A DNA stretch of 64,000 bases from Hyaloraphidium curvatum SAG 235-1 (GCA_025558095.1 JAIVFI010000025.1:372001-436000); one strand, 5' to 3'. Positions 27,360 through 40,530 are shown, counted from the stretch's first letter. The notes: generated from the letters alone by a model not told the origin. Translations and numbers: made by a program.

Positions 27360-28175
27360 ATGGCGGCACTGCGGCCGGAGGTCGATCCGTACATTCCGGA
27401 AGCCTTTTCGAAGGCGGAATACATCGTGACGGTGGGCGCCTTGTCACGTGCGGGATCCGACGGACTCTGAACGCGTCGGTTTCCAGGACGCGGGCAACCG
27501 CGTCTCCCGGAAAGCCCTGATCCTCGGGAGCCAGAACATCACCGTGGGCGGCAAGGTTGGACCCGGCGTGCCGCGCGGACGCGTGGCCGGCATTTCATTC
27601 GCGGCCGCAGACCATCATTCAGTCGGGCGCGGTCATCCGGGGCGACCTCAGGCGCAGCGCGGGCGTGGGCGCGGGCCAGGCCGCGCTGGTATCTATCGGC
27701 AAGTACGGGATGATATCGCGGAACGTCATCATCCGGCCGCCGTACAAGACGTACAAGGGGTGGGTCGCTGCGCGGCGCCAAACCCAACGAACGTCTGGCG
27801 AACGCGGAATCGGAACAGCGCCTTCAACTATTACCCGGTCAAGGTCGGCGATAACGTGCACATTGGTCAGGGCAGCATCATAGAGGCGGCCAGCATCGGG
27901 TCCAACGTCCACATCGGCAAGAACTGCGTCATCGTGAGTTGGTGTTCGGCTCGCATGAACTCGGCTGACCGTGGGCCGCACAGGGACGCTTCGTGATCAT
28001 CAAAGACTGCGTGCAGATTCTGGACGACGCGGTGGTGCCGGCCAACGCCGTGATCCCGCCGTTTTCTGTGTACGGCGGCAACCCGGCCCAGTTCCTCGAG
28101 GAGCTGCCCGAGTCGTTCCCGGAGGCGCACGAGGAGTTTGTCACGGAGTACTTTGAGCAGTTCCGCGTGCGGTGA
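27360..28175 (+). CDS. DCTN5: Dynactin subunit 5 (p25)
   Basis: GNRVSRKALILGSQNITVGGK, IRGDLRR, IRPPYK, hexapeptide repeats, IIKDCVQILDDAVVP. Confidence 0.93.
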
Positions 28176-28659
28176 AGCGTCGGGTGTTCGGGTTCTCGAG
28201 CGTTTCGGGTCACGCGGATTGCACCTGTCATTTGTAGAGCTGTCGCTGCTCGCCCGACGTCTTCGAGGTCAGGACGCACCTCGTTCCGCAAAGCCCGCCC
28301 GTTTTTAACTTTCAGTGCAGATTTGAAGGCACCACGCTTCCCGCATTGATTCAGAGCTGCAATGCCGCAGCGGGTGGACCAGGAAGCGTCGGAGCAGCAG
28401 GTGGACGGCATGCCAGGAGTTTGGAATACCGGCCCGAGCTCGCGCGGGCCGTCGGAAGATGCCGCGGATCGTGGATTGCGGCGCGAAAGGGACGACTGCG
28501 GGGCCCGCGTGAGGCAGGGTGTGCATGACGAGAAATGCAATGACAAGGAGCCCGAGAAATCGCGCGCGATGCGAGCCTCTACGAGTCATTGGCTGTAGGA
28601 GATCGATGTCAAATCGACGTCGCGGGACAATCTCGTCCCGCCGAATGCTTTTCCGTTTT

Positions 28660-31600
28660 CTATTCCTCGTAGTCGAAACCGGGGAATCGCTTCTTCATCG
28701 AGGGGTAGCTCCAAATGTACTCCCCCGATCGAACTCCCTTGGCCTTCTTGCTCTTGCAATCGCCCTTGTTGATGCCCCCCATGTAAGCCCCGCACCAGTC
28801 CCGCTTGCGCCTCATGATCTCGCCGCAGCCACCGCGGCAGAGATGTATGAGGTCGTAGCGATCGTGGTCGACGGCGTAGTCAATGACGCATTGGCCGCGG
28901 CAAAAGGGAGGATCGCGGAGCTCGCTCTTGTCGCTGGAGACGAGAACAGGATGAGGTTCGGTCCGGATCGATGGGCGGAGGCAAACCCACGTGACCTCAC
29001 CGCCGCATTGCGCGCAGAGAAGGTCAGATTCCGCTTGCAGCATGTCGAGCACGGAGGGTATAAAATAGCTGCCGGATGGCTCCGCGCCCTGCGGAGCGCC
29101 GGAAGCCTGCTTGCTCCGATCGGGCTTCTGGGACTTCTTCTCCTTGACCGCAGGCTGCGACACCGGTTTCGCGACCTTGGCAGCCAGCGATTGCGAGGAC
29201 GAAGGGGTCGAAGTCGGCTGAGCGCGGCTGGGCTTGTCGACCTCGGCCACCTCGGCCACCGTGGGAGTTTGATTGTCGCCTTCGCGCGGCGTCTCCGGGT
29301 AGTGGGTATCGGGAGGGAGCCTGAGCTCCGGAGGAGGCCTGCGCGGCAGGGGATGGAAACGAGCGGCATTGGGGTATCCTGTCGAGGTCGGCGAGGCGGG
29401 GCGGGGCGGAGAGGGTACGATGGGCACGGGCACGTCGACCCGCTTCTTCTGAAACTGGAAGAATGATGCCAAATGTGAGACGCGACAGGAAAAGCGAGGC
29501 GGCGAGAACCAACTTTGGGCAACGGCGTCGGATCACTGCAGAAGATGTCCTTGATGACCATCTGCCCGCCGTCGGTGATTGGAAGATCGCGTGCAACGGA
29601 AGCTTGGTTCCCACGTTGCTTTCCGTCCTTGTCGACGGGCTTGGGTTTCGAGGCATCCTTCTTTGCGTCCGAGCTCGGAGCTCCGGAGTCCTTGGCTCGT
29701 GCGGGGGGCTTGGGCTGCGCAACTTCGCCCCGATGCTTCGGTTTTGGGGCGGCGGACGGCGCGCCCTTCTGCCGGTGCGGAGAGTCGTCCCCAGGCTTCG
29801 GCTTGGATGCAGGCGGCACATCCCTCCGCCTGTGCGGAGAAGGAGGCAAGCTCGGCGGCGCCGCAGGCCGACAAGCGAGGTCCGAAAGGAGGGCCTGCTG
29901 CGCGTCCATCCGCGACACCAGCTGGTTGATGCTCGCTGAGAAGCCATTGAATGCGCCAGGCAGGGTCTGCATTGTCGCGGTGACAGCGGCCAAACCGGCG
30001 GTCATGGCGGCAATCTGAGCGCCCTGATCGGCCAAACCGGAGGTCAGAGCGGCGATCTGAGCGTCCTTCTCCTTGCCGGTGCGTTCAACCTCCCGAACGC
30101 GACCAGCAATGGCTTCGTCGAAAAGCTTTTGGAGCGCAAACTTGCCGTCCACCCGGTCGGCCACGGCAAGCATGAACTCCGAGTCGAGAGCAGAACCTGC
30201 GTTCGCATGCAAGAGCGAACCAGACGCTGCGGCGGCTCCGGCAGCCGCGGCGGCCGCAGCGGCCGCAGCCGCGTCTTCCTCCCTGCCTCCCTCGTCCTCG
30301 GTACACTGGTCTCCGACGTCCCTGCCTCCGTCGTCCTCGGTCGACTGGTCCCCGTCGTCCCTGTAGACGAAACGTTCGCGGGTCGGCGAGCGCGAGAAGG
30401 GCAAAAGAGGGGAGTGCATGGCTGCCCTGCCGCGGGAGGGAGTATGTCCGGCGCGATCGTGGCCCTCGGACTCGCCGTCCGAAGCGTCGCGATCGTCGGG
30501 CCGTGCGGGATGGCGAGCACGCGGAACAGGGCGTGCGGGCGAGGGCGGCAGCTGAGCTCGCAGCTCCTTGAGCTGCTTCGCGATCGCCTTCTTCTCGGCC
30601 TTGGCCTCGTCCGACTGGTCGAAAAAGAGCTCTCCCTCGCGCTTCTCCAGTTCCGCTGCAACGCCTTCCAGCGCGCCGTCGCCGAACAGGTCCGATCGCG
30701 GGTCCGATCTCGCGGATGTCGAGCGCCGGCGGCCAGGAGACAGCGTGAAGCGTACTTCGGGCGGCAGCACGTTTTCCTCGGAAGCAGGGCTGTAAGAGGT
30801 ACGCGGAAATCGGGGTCGGGGCGGAGAGGGGAGGCGAGGACGGCGGTCGTCCAAGGGTGACGGCGGGAGGGGAGGCGAAGAGAGGCGGGAATGCGAGGGC
30901 CGCCAGGGCTCGGGCCGAGGAGCAGCTGGTCGGGCAAGTGCCTGCCGCGCGGGAGGCGCCTTGACGATCCGCTCCGGTTCGTCCTCGTCGGACGAGATCT
31001 CCACAGTTTCGATGACCCTAGGCAGCGCCGGCGAGGCGGATGCCGACAGAGTCCGGCGTGTGGCTGCTTCCTTCGCGGCGAGCTCCTGGTGGTACTTGTT
31101 GACCGCCTTGGTGCTGAAGTCCGGCACGGGCATGATGCTCTTGCTGGCCGGGGTCCTGAGCTGGTTGTCGGTCGCAACCTGCCGCTGCTCGGCGCCAGCT
31201 TGCTTCTGCGCGGGTTGCGGGGCCGGGTCCGAGGCGGGCTTCGCCTGGGGCTTGCGGCTGGGGGCGTTGTCCTTGCCGTTTCCGCCGCCCTTGCCGTCCT
31301 TCCCGCCGCCCTTTCCGTCCCCGCGGCCGTTGTCGTCGTCCGAGTCGGTGTCCGACTCCGTGTCGGGACCCGGCAGGGGCTTCTTGGCCGGCTTGCACTT
31401 GTTCTTCTGCTCGTGCCGGTCCCTATACGACTTTCGGGTGTACTGCAGCCGACGTTAAGCATGCGAAGAAAGCAAGGGTGCATCCACCAACCCCCTTTCC
31501 GCAGATGGTGCAGCAATACGGCGGGTTGTCGTGCATGGCCTGGTGCTTTGCGAACGCTTCGGCGCTCTTGAGCTGCGCAACGGCCGCATCAGCACCAATC

Positions 31601-34600
31601 CTGACCAGGCACGCAGGCACGGGCAACACCTCACCTTCATCTTGCACCGACCGCACTTGAACTCGTCGTGCTGGTCCGCAGGCTCGTTGACCTTGGGCTT
31701 CTTGGCCTTGGACGGCTCGTCGGCGGGTTCCTCGGACGCCCGATCGTCGGGCTGGTCCGCGATCTCGTCGAACTTCCGCTTCTTGACCTGGGGCGGCTTG
31801 TCGGCGGGTTCCTTGGATGCAGGTTTCGGGCCGTCGGTAGGAGGCGGCGCGTGGCGCACGTCGGCACCGCGAGGAGCCGAGGAAGGCGAGCGCAAAAGGT
31901 CTTCGGCAGCGTCGACAAAGATGTCGCGGTCCGAGAGGATCTCATCGCCCGAGGCGGAGCGAGCTCGCGGAGCCGCGGCAGATGCCTGGTCCGCCGCCGG
32001 CTTGGGCAAGTCCGCACCATCCTCCGCGTCTGAGTTGTAATCCGAGTCGTACATGCCGAGCATGGGCAGGGAAACGGGAACGGGGCGGGGAGCCGGCGCC
32101 AGCTTCTTGTCCGAAGACTCTGGCGGCGGCGAGCCCAAGCGCTTGAACCTTCCCGGGTGCTCCTTCGAGCGAAGAGCGAATGGGTCGGCAGCGGGGAGGG
32201 GAGGCACCCGGGGAGCGGCACGAGGCGTCACGGCGCGCTCGGAAACCGGCGAAGGGGAACGGTCCTGGCGAGAGGCGCGCGCCGAAGGAGCGGGAGCAGG
32301 GCCGTTGCGGGGAGCAACGGGCTGTCCGCCCGGCGGAGGATCCGGCCAGGGACCGTTCGGGTCGAACCCGTGGAAGCTGGGATCCTCAGTGGGGAAGACC
32401 TCGAGCTCTGCGGGTTGCGAGGTCGAAGCAGATGGGTCGCAGCATGCCGGTGGCGCGGGCAAAGTAGGCGCATCGGAAGGGATGGGTGGGCAGCGGCAAC
32501 ATGGTCAGCAAAAGCCCGCGATGCCGCGGAATCGATGCCACGCACCGGAGCGGTGGTCGCACTCCTCGCAGTTGCAGACACATGCCACGTCGCAGACGCA
32601 CTTGCCGTCCGGGCGCTTGTAGCACTTGCCAGGACACTTCCGGTGCCTGCGGAAAGGAAACGGCGTGTCAGGCGGCATGATCCAGGCGCACGCCCCGCGG
32701 AAAGCGTACTCCTGCTTCCTGAGGCCGTGCTGGTGGCCGTGCTGGTGGCCATGGCCGTCGCCACGGCGGCCGCGGGACCCCTTGCCCTTGCGAGACTTGC
32801 CCTTCTTGCCGCCGCCGGCCCCGTTCTGCTCGCCCTCCTCGCCTTCCGACCCCGCCTCTTCCGACGCGGACCCCTCATGGCGCTTGCGCTTGCCAGGCTT
32901 CTTCTTCTTCCGCTTCTTGTCGCCGGAGTTGCCCGCGCCCGAACCGCGTCTCCGATCCGGGCCGTCCCGGTCCGAGCCGCCTCCGTTTCCGGAGGCCCCG
33001 GAAGCGCCACCACGGGGCGGGTTGCCCGACGAATCATCGCTGCCCGAAGAAGAAGAGGAGGAGGAAGAGGAACTGTCCGAATCTTTGTCCGGATCGTCCT
33101 TTCCTTGCTCGCCGTCGGAAATGTCCATGCCCTCCTCGGGCCTCAGCACGGCCTTGGCGGTGAGCACGTCGGCGGTTTGCTTGCTGTTGTACGGCGCGTG
33201 GACATCGATCACGGCTCGCGGGTACCTGCAGTCGCGGACGTCAGCAGCATCCCAGGCCAGCGCACGAGCGAACGCAACCCACCTCAAGGCCGCCCTTTCG
33301 GCCAACGCCATCAGCTCCCGCGTGCCCTCGCGCCTCTCCCCCTGCTTGGCAACGGTCTCGGGCGGCGGCCGCTTCCACCGCTTCGGGTACCGCGTGGCGA
33401 GGTTCGGCGCCGAGAAGCCCTCGGCGTTCTTGACGAGCTCGTGGGTGATCTGGCGCGCGATCTCGCAGCCCTGGGAAACGGCAGGCCCGCAGTGCAGGAA
33501 CGGGATGAGCAGGTGCTTTGGCGTGTCCTCCGCGAGGTTGAAGTAGCTGTCCAGGATGCGCATAAAGTCGCGGAACTCGTTCGGGAAGTGGAGCTCGAAC
33601 GTGGCGACGTTGGCGGGACCGCACATCTGATCCAGCATGACACGCGCATTGGGAAAACGCCGGGCGACGTGCATAGGAACGTGCAGCGAAAGGAAGCCGT
33701 CTTCCCGGCTCTCGAACCAGTTCTCGGCGACCTCGTACCGCTTGGAGTGCCGCGAGACCCGGTCGACCGAGGTCGCGGCCACGAGCGTCTTGCCGCGCAT
33801 CCACTCGTCGACGAACGTCGTGATCTTGGTCAGCGAACCCGCGCCTACGGCCGAGACGGCATCCATGGGGAGCACGGCACAGTTGGCGTGTTTGGCGAAG
33901 TAGAAGAAGAACAGCTCCATGAACTCGAGCTGCGTGTTGAGCAGCGAGCTGCCCAGGTCCTCGGAGGACGCAAAGTACTTTTTGCCGCGCGGCGATTCGC
34001 GCGGGACCATGAGGAGGTTGTCGAACCCGCGCATGACGGCCGGGACGAGGTACTGCGGGTGCGAGGGAGGGAGGGAGAGAGGGCAAGGATGGGTGGAGAA
34101 AGCCGGACGGCGGTCAGGAAAGCCATCATCGGCGCAGCAGAGCGGCCCGGCGCACCTTGCGCATCAGGTCAATATAGAGCGACGCCGCCTCGTTCCGGTA
34201 CGAGTTCAGGACCCGCAGCTTCACCGCCCCGGCGTGGCTGGCGACCGATCGCTCCTTCACGTGCACGTTGGACTTTTCGGCCAGGTCGACGAACTTGGCC
34301 AGCATCTCGTCCGCGCCCGGCGCCGAAGGGTCGTAAATGTCGTACCCGCTGCCGTCGGGCATGCCGATGGCGAGCTTGTCCCCCTGCAGGCGGAGGTTGC
34401 GATCCACGTGCTTGTAGTCCGATCCTCTGCGCGAGAAGCGCGAGACGTTGGCCGACACGATCAGGCACTCGCCGGGATTGTCCCGGGGCGGCATGTAGCG
34501 GTTCTGCGGCTTGAGCCTCATCTCGGGGGTGCGGTTGAGTTGCCGGGTGAGCGCGCGCGCGAAATGCTGGCGCCTCCACATGGGGATGGCCTCGTTGGTC

Positions 34601-36621
34601 CGGCCCGCCTCGCTGACGATAGTGACCTTCGAAACCTTCATCGGATCCACGACGAGCTTTGCCGCATCGTCCAAAAGGTTGACTGCCTGCTTGGGCCGGT
34701 CCTCGGCCCGTCCCTGGCGCATGCCCGAGGTGCGCACGGGGATCGTCAGCATCGACGCGTTAATCCTCTTTTCCGGAGGAAGCAGCTCGTCTTCGTCTTC
34801 GAGCGGCTCCTCGCCGTCGCCGCGCTGGGGAGGGAGGCGGCGAGAATGATCGCGAGGCGGAGCGAGGGAGAAAGGAGGGAAGAGCGGAGGAGAGATCGGG
34901 CGCGCATTTCCGTGAGCCATGTGCGCAGCGGGAGCGCGGAAAAGGCCCACCTTGCGCTTCTTGGGCGTCGTGAGGTACGCGGGCTCGAGGTGCCCCGGGT
35001 CGGCCGCCTGCCCCGGCTCCGTCATGTGCGGCACGGGCTTCCGCCGCCCGCGGCCCGGCCGCTTGGCCCGTTCGGCGCCGTCGAGCAGGATCTTGGCCCG
35101 AGACTGGATCTGCGGCGCCGTGCGGCCCGCCTCGTCGATGATGCGCACGTCGGGACCCGCCTTGGCCGCGGTGCGCAGGTCGTGGATCGTCATGCGAGGC
35201 GTCAGCAGGCTCTTTGCCGGCGGGCCCGATCCGAGCGCCTCGAGGTCCAGCGCCTGCACCTCGCCGCCCTGCACGTGCGCCAGATCGTCGACGTCCCTGT
35301 CGACCTCGGCGCCGTCGAGGGGGGGCCGGAAGAACGAGACGAAGGCCGGGTCGACGAGGTCCGTGACGCCGGCGCCGCGCGAGCCCATGACGAAATGCAC
35401 CAGGCGCGGCTCGGCGGTCGTGATGAAGGTCCCGATGTCGGTGCGGTCCCACGGGCGCGTGCCGGGCGGGTCGTAGCCGACGCCGGTGAACCAGACCCGG
35501 GTCGGGAGCGGGTCCTCGAGGCCGCGGAGCCACGCCTTCGCAGCGGCATCGTACCGGCGGTACAGATAGGTGGCAAAGTCCTCGTCCGGGAGGCGTTCCC
35601 CCGCAAGGCCTTTCCTGGTCAGCGCGATGAGCTCCGAGTGGATCAGGTTCACCCCACGCGGAAGCGAAAGCACGCTTTTCAGCTTCCGGTTGTTCCATGC
35701 GGCTTTCTCCTCCGCGCTGGAGTCCCGTTCGTTGAACTGGAACCACATGCGCATGGCGAGGCTCAAGAGGTGCATGGGCGCGATTCTGAGCGGCTGCATC
35801 GCATCAATCATCGCCTGCACTTGCAGCTCGGTGCCCTCGAAGGGCTCGGGCAGGTCGGCGAAGCGAATGCGCGGGACGCCGAGGAAAACATGCACGTAGA
35901 TGTTGGCGTGGCGGGCCGCTTCGTACTTGGCGCCGAAGCGGACCGATCCGTTGAGGGCGTCCGTGCGCGTCGACTGCCAGGCTTCCTTGCGAAGCGGGTG
36001 CGCCGACGACGGATCCGGATCAGGGTTCTTGATGCGCAGCGTGATCGCACGAACGGCGGGCGGCCCTGCGTCGTCGTCGTCGTCGGAGTCCTCCTCCGGC
36101 GTAGCTTCCCCGTCGGTAGGTTCCGCCTCGCGGGGCTTGCCGACGACGCCCCCCTTGCGAGCGAGGGCCGCGATTTCCGGGAACGTGCGGCTCGAGATGG
36201 AAACCTCCATCGAGCTGAACGCGCCGAACGCCCTGATGAACTGAACGAGCAACTCGACGTGCTCCTCCCCGATGTCCGTCCGGAGGAGGAGGGGCGTGCC
36301 GCGGAACCACGGCAGCTGCGGCAACAGCGGCTCCAGCGCGACTTGCCGCCCGTTGAGCTCGTCGTCTTGGTCCGAGTACCTCTGCAGCAGCTTGACCAGG
36401 AGGACGACGACATCGTCGACGCCGACTTCGGGCCGCCTCCCCGTGCCCGGGTCTCGCGGCCGCTCCCGCAGCCACGGGTTGGCCTCCATCGCGGCGGCGC
36501 GGATGGCGGGTTCCGAGGGCGGCGCGGCGCCGGTCGCCCGTGTCGGGGGGCGAGCGAGTCGACGCCTCTTTGGAGGCTGGGGGGGCTGCGAGGAGAAAAT
36601 GGTTGCCGCATGCACCGTCAT
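28660..36621 (-). CDS. Giant (~2,500 aa) spliced protein: two tandem serine-recombinase-like domains, Cys cluster, C2H2/C2HC zinc fingers, coiled coil, C-terminal Cys-rich domain
   Basis: ORFs 34126..36693, 32505..34034, 31455..32462, 28812..31133 and 28660..29472 join in frame through ~6 GT-AG introns; motifs PVRTSG..Q..VSRFSR and VPRESP..SLLNTQ..SVDRVSR. Confidence 0.65.
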
Positions 36622-36981
36622 CGAACAAAGTACAAACAGGCTTTTCTCGACACGCAAAATCGCCGTCGGAGGACGCAAAAACTGCGGATGCAATTGGATT
36701 ACGCTTCGAAAATGTCCATTGGCGGATTTTCCAGGCTACTGCAGCCCGCGGGGACCCACCTCGGGCTTCTCGTCACGTGCGGGTCGGGGAACGCCGGCCG
36801 GAGACCGGCTGGTTGCAAACTCCACTTCTTTTCGACAATCTAAAAGCAACAGGACCAGAAGACTTGACTTCTACCGCAGGTCATCCCGCAGCCGCGGCGA
36901 CCGGTCCCCCAGGTCCCCCAGAGTCCCGCCGCCGCACCCCACACCCCCCCCTTTCCCGGAAAAGACCACGGGAACTGTTTT

Positions 36982-38710
36982 TTACTTCTTTCCCTTTTTC
37001 CCTCCGGCGGCAGCACCGCCCTTGCCGGCAGCCTTCTCGGTCTTCTCGACGGTCTTGATGACGCCGACGGCGACGGTCTGACGCATGTCGCGCACGGCGA
37101 AGCGGCCGAGCGGGGGGTAGTCGGTGAAGGCCTCGACGCACATGGGCTTGGTGGGGATCATCTTGACGATGGCGGCGTCGCCCGACTTGACGGCCTTGGG
37201 CGCGTCCTCGAGCTTCTTGCCCGACCGACGGTCGATCTTCTCGATCAGCTCGGAGAATTTGCAGGCGATATGAGCTAGAGGCGTCAAACGCAGCCGCCGA
37301 GCGTTGCCATGCGACGAGAGAGACGTTAGCGTGTGTCCGGAGGCGTCCGTGGTGGTTGGTGATGGTCGGGGAGGGAGGGGGGGGGGGGGGGGGGGGAGGG
37401 GGTCAGCCACGTGTATACAAACACAAACAACCACCACCACGCACCGGTGTGGCAGTCGAGCACGGGGCAGTAGCCGGCGCCGATCTGGCCGGGGTGGTTG
37501 AGCACGATGACCTGGGCGGTGAACGAGGCCGTCTCCTTGGCCGGGTCGTTCTTCGAGTCCGAGGCCACGTAGCCGCGGCGGATTTCCTTGACCGACACGT
37601 TCTTGACGTTGAAGCCGACGTTGTCGCCGGGCACGGCCTCGGGCAGCGACTCGTGGTGCATCTCGACCGACTTGACTTCGGTGGTGACGCCCGAGGGGGC
37701 GAACGAGACGACCATGCCGGGCTTGAGCACACCGGTCTCGACACGGCCGACGGGCACCGTGCCGATACCGCCGATCTTGTACACATCCTGCAGGGGCAGG
37801 CGGAGGGGCTTGTCGGTGGGGCGGCTCGGGGGCTCGATGGCGTCGATGGCCTGGAGCAGGGTCTTGCCGGTGACCTCGCCGGCCTTGCCCTCCTTCTTCC
37901 AGCCCTTGAACCAGGGCATGTTGTCCGAAGGCTCGATCATGTTGTCACCGTGCCAGCCCGAGATGGGGACGTAGGGGACGGCCTTGGGGTTGTAGCCGAC
38001 CTGGACGACATAAGTCAGCGGCCGTTCGACGCTGAAAGCAGCCCGGCGGCGGGGCCCACCTTCTTGACGTAGGCCGACAGCTCCTTGACGATTTCGTTGA
38101 AGCGCTCCTCGGACCACTTGCACGAGTCCATCTTGTTGACGGCGACGATCATCTGCTTGACGCCGAGGGTGTAGGCGAGCAGGGCGTGCTCGCGGGTCTG
38201 GCCGTCCTTGGAGATACCGGCCTCGAACTCGCCGGTACCGGCGGGCACGATCAGGATGGCGCAGTCGGCCTGCGAGGTGCCCGTGATCATGTTCTTGATG
38301 AAGTCACGGTGGCCGGGGGCGTCGATGACGGTGACGTAGAGCTTGGGGGTCTCGAACTTCCACCTGCATCGCGCATCGCGGTCAGCTATCCGTGCGCGCA
38401 AGGGCGACCGCGCATCCACCCACAGGGCAATGTCGATGGTGATACCGCGCTCGCGCTCGGCCTTGAGCTTGTCAAGCACCCAGGCGTACTTGAACGAGCC
38501 CTTGCCCATCTCGGCGGCCTCCTTCTCGAACTTCTCGATGGTACGCTTGTCGATACCACCGCACTTGTAGATCAGGTGGCCGGTGGTGGTCGACTTGCCG
38601 GAGTCTGGTCACGCGGATCAGCGCCCCATCCGCGGGCCCGCGGCGACGAATCGATGCTCACCGACGTGTCCGATGACGACGACATTGACGTGGGTCTTCT
38701 CCTTGCCCAT
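36982..38710 (-). CDS. TEF1: Translation elongation factor 1-alpha
   Basis: [14 protein letters not shown]|[47 protein letters not shown]; 4 coding introns. Confidence 0.99.
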
Positions 38711-39653
38711 GGCTGCGGCGGTTCGATGTGGATCTGGGATCGGCAGGAGAAAAAGTCAGGGACCCGTCGGCGGCCAACCCGTGCCCGTGACCGCGCGACG
38801 ACGACGGCGCCGGATGCGGCGTGCGCCCCCCCAATGCCTGCGGAGGCTGTAGCGATGCATGCAGCCGTGCGGCCCGGGGGGGGCATCCAAACACGGCGAC
38901 GCCGGACCGGCTGTGCGCGTTGCACTTCCCGGCGACGCCTCCGCGGCGGGCCACGTGGCTGCGAGAGCAGAGCACCACACAACGCGGCCCCGTCGGGCCG
39001 GGAGCGACGCCGCCCGTGGCAGACGACCGCCGGGCACCCCCGAGAAAACCGGGTCGGTGGCACGGCAGCGCTGCCGTGCCCGCCGTCGTGCCCGCCGTGC
39101 GCGCCGCGTCGGTGCAGTCGTCGTCGTCGTCGCCGCCGCGCGGGGCGGCGGATGGGCGTCGGGAACTCACCGGACGGCGAAGTGGATGGGCTCTTTGCGG
39201 GAGTTCAGGGACGACCGCGTTTGTTGACGCCGACGAGAAAAAGCTAGGTTTGGGGCGGAGCCGCCGGGCTCCGCCCCCCACCCGATCGACACCGTTCTAC
39301 GGCCATCCGGACCGAAAGAGCCACATCAAACGATTAATGTAACGCACACAAGAGAGGTTGGGAGCGGACGGCACGGACACGCGTCCCCTGTTCCCTCGCG
39401 AAACCGATATCGCGACCCATCCGAGCAACCAGGTGGTGGGACCCGCGAATCGCGGTCCATTCCGCCAGATCACGTCAGATAGAGGCCATCGGATGTGGAG
39501 TGAGCCGTTCTTCTTCTGCGATTCTAGCTGTGGCGCCGGGAATTGTGGTTCGGCGCGCCGGTCCGAAATCGGACCGCAACAACACTGCCGCCGCTCTCCC
39601 CACGCCGCGCGGACGCGTCACACCTCAGCTACGCGTTTCATTCCTTCCTCGCG

Positions 39654-40530
39654 ATGCCGCCGAAGGGGGCCAAGCGGAAGGCCAAGGCTCCGGAGTCGGA
39701 CGTTTCCTCGGACGCGTCCGACAGCGAGCCGGAAGTGATGCCGGCCAAGAAACCCCGTGGGAGGAAGACTCCGGCCGCGGAAGGCGACAAGCCGGCAAAG
39801 TTCAAAGCCAAGCCGGCCGTGGAAGGCGACAAATCGGCGAAATCCAAAGCCAAGCCAGCGTCGGAGCCCGCCGGGGAAGCCAGCGCTAGTTCGGCTGAAG
39901 GGCCGCGCTATTGGCTCATGAAGGCGGAAGCCGAGACCCGCGTCCACAACGGGCACGATGTCAAGTTCTCCATCGACGATTTGGAGTCAGCGGGGACCTC
40001 CAATTGGTAACGTTTTGCTACACGGCTCCTGGGCAACCGACCTGATGGCCGGGCCAGGGACGGAGTCCGCAACGCGCAAGCAAAGAACTTCATGAAGGCG
40101 ATGGCGCTCGGCGACAAGGTCCTCTTCTACCACAGCAACACGAAGAACGGCAAGAACACGGGCGTGGCCGGTCTGGCCGAGGTGTCCAAGGAGGCTTTCC
40201 CCGATCCTTCGGCGACCGTGGGCTGCCACCATTCCTCCCTCCGCCTTTTCTCCTGACATTCCTTTTCGTGGCATGCAGGATGAATCGCACGCGTACTACG
40301 ACCCCAAATCGGATCCGTCGAAACCCAAGTGGTACTGCGTGGAGGTCAAATTCGTGCGGAAGTTCCCCCGGGTGCTCAATCTCAAGGAGATGAAGGCGCT
40401 TGCGGAGAAGCCCGGATCGCCGATCGCGGAGATGGCGCTGTTCAAGCCGGGAAGGCTGAGCGTCCAGCCCGTGACCGTGCAAGAATACGAATACATCGTC
40501 GAGCTCGCGGCCAAGGCCGGCGAGGAATAG
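39654..40530 (+). CDS. EVE-domain protein (THYN1-like)
   Basis: [17 protein letters not shown]|[30 protein letters not shown]. Confidence 0.92.

Noticed and set aside
28305-28600. Small ORFs between DCTN5 and the giant gene
   Set aside because: No motifs or splice support
28660-36621. Fanzor/TnpB partner for the serine recombinase (IS607-like)
   Set aside because: No recognisable RuvC I/II/III motifs or TnpB-type zinc ribbon found in or beside the gene
37377-37396. Poly-G run in a TEF1 intron
   Set aside because: Simple homopolymer, length unreliable, no evidence of function
39779-39860. 42-bp duplication in the EVE gene N-terminus
   Set aside because: Ordinary low-complexity expansion in a disordered tail
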